From positions 122,884,001-122,948,000 of the forward strand of contig OZ024741.1 in assembly GCA_964016885.1 (NCBI GenBank): a stretch of 64,000 bases of DNA, in the 5' to 3' direction. The notes beneath the pieces were generated by a model. That model did not search any database, was not told the DNA's origin, and saw only the letters and a list, made by a program, of their open reading frames with translations. The position numbers and the translations under genes are program-made. Each line of letters starts with the position of its first letter. The stretch's first letter is position 1. Below, piece after piece: positions 60,400-64,000 of the stretch. The DNA is from Eledone cirrhosa. Its lineage: Eukaryota.

Positions 60400-62628
60400 C
60401 TACATTTTAAATTTATATTTATATTTAAAAGTTGAGTTCAATCTATATCTGCAGCAACTGAATAAATTTGTCCGTAAATTAAGGGAATTTTTAGATTTTA
60501 GTATAAAGAATATCTCCTCCGTGCAGAGGTCACATGTCTCAGAGGATGAATTAAAAGGAATCCCTCTTGAGACTATATTCCAAGCCGTTGAATATCCAAC
60601 GTTATCATGCCTAAGTTGCCAGAGTAGGCCTGATAGTGATGTTGAGGATTTTTTGCTTGGATCTGTGAAAGAATTCTTGTGGTTATTATAGCGAAGTTTA
60701 AATTCTGTCGAGGTGGAACCAACATAGTTAAAAGAATTTAAGTCCGTTTTAACATTACAGTTGTATATTATATTTTTAACTAAGCAATTGTTATTTAACG
60801 GGCATTTAGATCTATCTCTACAGTTACATTTGTTAACTTGGATATTATTTATGCTATTATCGGTATTTTGGCTAGGTTTTAAATTCCTATTATTTATTCT
60901 ATTAATATTTTGTGCTAAATTTTTGGTGGATGAGTAGGTTAATTTTATAGTATGTCTATTGAAAATTGAGTGATACCTATGTGTTCTAGGGAAGCGATTA
61001 TCAAGAGCATTAAAAAATAGTTTAGCGATGTGGGTTTTAATGTTTAGTGAGAAAGGGGGGGGGGGGGCAAACCATATTATATTCCTAGTTCTATTTCTTT
61101 TTTGGCTTTTGGAACTATTGTAATGCTTTCTATTATAGTTGTTAAAGTTGTTGCCGTAATTAAAATTGTTGTTATTTTGGTTAGTTTGTCTATTATTATC
61201 TATGTACATAATTTTATCAGTATATCCTGCTCTAGCTAACGCTTCATTGTAATACTGGGCTTTTTCGTCGAAAATCTTTTTATTAGATGAGATTCTAGAG
61301 ATACGATTTTGAACAGAGTTTACTATAGTATTTTTAACAGATCTGGGGTGGTTAGAGTTAAAGCTGACATAGTTTAAGTTTTCATTCAACTTGTGAAATG
61401 GATAGTGAAGACATGTGTTGAGATTTAATGTTACATCTAGGAAATTGACTATTCTATGGTTATTCTCAATTTCTATTTTTAGATTAAAGTAATTAAAAAA
61501 TTGTGTAATTTGTTTTCTTTTTCTATTTAGTTCAGAGTTATTATTTTCAATAAGTAAAAGCATGTCATCTCTATATAAACCTCCGGTAGCACCGGGTATT
61601 TTCCTATGCAGCGAATTGATTAAAAATAGGCCCACAAGGTCAGTTACCTGAGCTGAGTCGGATGATCCCATAGTAATGTCGAAATTGTTATCTCTATCTG
61701 CTCTGGTCCATAGTTGGTCATTAAATTCTATCAGTGTTTTCCTAGCCGATAATATAATGTGCATTTCATTGCTAGTTAGGTCTGTATGTTTGAATGCGTA
61801 ATTTAGTGCCTTATTTAGTAGATTAGGGGTAATAGATGAATAATAGTTAGCGATATCTAGTTGAATAAACTTATTATTATTGTTATATTTAATTTCTTTA
61901 AACCACTCAACAACCTCTCCAGTTCCCTTCCACAAGCTGAAGTTAGGTACACAATTCAAGTTTTTAATTTGCTGTATCACCCTGTCTAGAATGTTTTTGC
62001 TTAGTTTACCCAGGTCCGATTTTGATGGTGCAATCAATCTGACTGGCAGGTCATTTTCAAAATTACTTTTGTGATCTTTCATATTGATCTTCGGTTTCCT
62101 GGGCACGAAAGGTTGTGTTCTGTTCTCAATTTCCAACTCATGCATTATACAAGATGCCTCAACATTCATTTTCTCAAGCTCGGCCTTATCTGCTACCTTG
62201 TACTTTTTCCTCAGTTCTTTCAGTATTAGGCCATTATACATGTCTTTTTGCACTCCATAGAGGTTGTTGGTCTTGTCAGATTTCACCAAGATCTTCTCAG
62301 TTTTCTCTAAGCTCTCAATATTATCCTTAATGCCTTTCAGATATTCCTGGCCTTTGAAGTTTCTCTTGAATTTGACTCCTTGTATGATAGAAATTATATC
62401 GTTTTCAAAGTCAAATAAAAGTTTGTTGGGGGGTGGATTTCTTTTAGATTTGAAAACTTTGTCTAAGTCCGAGACATTTTCATTTATATTAGATTTATCA
62501 AAGTGGAATGCCCGCCACCTGATTCTCCTTATAAAAGAGTCAGATTTATCTATTAATTGTTTAATAAAGTCTTTGTTTCTAGGTAGAGGTATGTCTTTTA
62601 AAGAGGAAGAAATCTTAAAGAATTCCAT
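60400..62628 (-). CDS. PLE polyprotein: reverse transcriptase and C-terminal GIY-YIG endonuclease
   Basis: 742 aa open frame with IRRIRWRAF, KSDKTNNLY, KDHK..PVRLI, LDIANYY, ITMGS, LYRDD, NFLDVTL, CxCx5C linker CNCRDRSKC, IIYNC..YVGST..FKLRYNNH and CDLCTEE. Confidence 0.93.
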   Translation of the reverse strand: MEFFKISSSLKDIPLPRNKDFIKQLIDKSDSFIRRIRWRAFHFDKSNINENVSDLDKVFKSKRNPPPNKLLFDFENDIISIIQGVKFKRNFKGQEYLKGIKDNIESLEKTEKILVKSDKTNNLYGVQKDMYNGLILKELRKKYKVADKAELEKMNVEASCIMHELEIENRTQPFVPRKPKINMKDHKSNFENDLPVRLIAPSKSDLGKLSKNILDRVIQQIKNLNCVPNFSLWKGTGEVVEWFKEIKYNNNNKFIQLDIANYYSSITPNLLNKALNYAFKHTDLTSNEMHIILSARKTLIEFNDQLWTRADRDNNFDITMGSSDSAQVTDLVGLFLINSLHRKIPGATGGLYRDDMLLLIENNNSELNRKRKQITQFFNYFNLKIEIENNHRIVNFLDVTLNLNTCLHYPFHKLNENLNYVSFNSNHPRSVKNTIVNSVQNRISRISSNKKIFDEKAQYYNEALARAGYTDKIMYIDNNRQTNQNNNNFNYGNNFNNYNRKHYNSSKSQKRNRTRNIIWFAPPPPFSLNIKTHIAKLFFNALDNRFPRTHRYHSIFNRHTIKLTYSSTKNLAQNINRINNRNLKPSQNTDNSINNIQVNKCNCRDRSKCPLNNNCLVKNIIYNCNVKTDLNSFNYVGSTSTEFKLRYNNHKNSFTDPSKKSSTSLSGLLWQLRHDNVGYSTAWNIVSRGIPFNSSSETCDLCTEEIFFILKSKNSLNLRTNLFSCCRYRLNSTFKYKYKFKM

Positions 62629-62807
62629 TTTTTCAGTTATAATATAAAGCGCTCAACAGTATTGGAGCAAGATATATGCAAAGTTTTATTTAAATTGTTG
62701 GGTTAACAACGAGTAAATATTTATAACTGATATAAAAGCACTCAACTAGTATTTGGAGTATATTTACGATATTAAATAAATGGAAACTATATTTATAAAA
62801 CCATATT

Positions 62808-62873
62808 TATTTCATTATATATATTTCAGGGATATCATATTAAAAATATGTTATGCCTTCTTCAGACAAAATA
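62808..62873 (-). ncRNA. Type I hammerhead motif in the 5' pseudo-LTR
   Basis: Identical to 58952-59017. Confidence 0.87.
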
Positions 62874-64000
62874 CAATATAAACAGTCTTATAAATAGATA
62901 GATTCGACATACCTTTCAACTTCGACTTCTATTTGAAAAGTTGATTTGGTAGTGAAAAAATATTAGGGACAGTTATAAGAAGAAAGAAAGAAAAACGAAG
63001 AAAAAGAAGAAATGCATGCAACTAAATAGAGAGAGATAGATATAGAGAGATAGATAGAGAGAAGAAATTCATGTAAAGAAACAGAGAGAGATATATAGAG
63101 AGAGGAAAAAACACAGAGGGAGATAGATAGAGAGAGAGAGAGAGAGAAGAGAGGAGAGAGAGAGAGAGAGAGAGAAAATATAGAGAGATAGATATAGATA
63201 GAGATAGAGAGAAAGAAACTAGGTAGTTGGGCACCAGTTGAATGACGTATCAATGTTATATTTATTTATTTATTTATTTATTTAGCTCTAGTATTAATGT
63301 AGAGAGAGATATATGTGGTTAAGAGAGAAAACAGCCGTTACATAGAGACAAAAAAAATATCCAGATAAAAATGAGGCAGATTTAAAACACTATGTTTCAT
63401 CAATGTAAAAAATATCAATTCGTATAAAACAGGCATTATAATGTAAATATCAGTATTCATGAATGAGACACGTATCAATAATGTGTGAAAAATAATGATC
63501 ATATGTCTAGTTTAAAATTCCTAGGTTTATATTAGAGGTGAGTTAAATAGAAGGTTATCCCAGATTTTATACTATATACATCCATGTGAATTTACGTGAT
63601 CAGCTCTGCAAATTCCTATTTCACACGAAAACATTCTCATTGTGCTATAAAAATTTAAGTATACATATATGTGTACATACACACAAATATATATAGAGTC
63701 TACATTAATTTTAACAATACTATTCATGTCTTTACTCTACATGATTATCGTTCAAGCATAAATAGAGAACAGATATCAATATATCAATAAAAATATCAGA
63801 AACAAAAAGTAAATAAAAAACAAAAAATCAAAAAAATATTAAAAATAAAAATATTAAAAATATTAAAAATATTAAAATTAAAATAAAACATAGTATGCCC
63901 CGCAAATCAACCACAGAGATCAACCCTTCAAAGTTAATTGACAATATATTGCCAAGTTCATTATAAGCATCAGAATCAAAAGCAAACAAAACCAAAAATT

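Larger units (their letters stand above)
58911..64000 (-). mobile_element. Intact Penelope-like element (Hydra-type) in partial tandem arrangement
   Basis: Direct repeats 58911-60167 and 62767-64000 (offset 3856 bp at the left edge, running off the window) flank one long ORF. The 3' end abuts (TA)n. Confidence 0.93.

Overview
Eukaryotic (animal) genomic DNA that is AT-rich and dominated by microsatellites and transposons. The repeat spectrum suggests a cephalopod such as Octopus, which is an inference. No host protein-coding gene could be firmly supported. The first 21 kb is a chain of (TAA)n-associated non-LTR retrotransposons: two decayed and one near-intact R4/Dong-type elements (RT plus restriction-like endonuclease), and a full-length two-ORF Tx1/L1-clade element inserted antisense in a (TAA)n tract. 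The rest is (TA)n microsatellite packed with Penelope-like element (PLE) pieces, SINEs, RTE fragments, a non-autonomous Helitron and one intact Hydra-type PLE (RT plus GIY-YIG, 60400-62628). The main hidden signal is RNA, not protein. By eye I find about 21 type I hammerhead ribozyme motifs with intact catalytic cores, plus about 6 decayed ones, from about 10 unrelated sequence families. Nearly all have a self-complementary stem III. One family forms an array of about 9 copies of a ~474-bp non-coding unit (43639-48004), with diverged, covarying dispersed relatives. It looks like a retrozyme/circRNA-type non-autonomous retroelement mobilised by PLE machinery. All folds were derived manually and none has been tested for activity.
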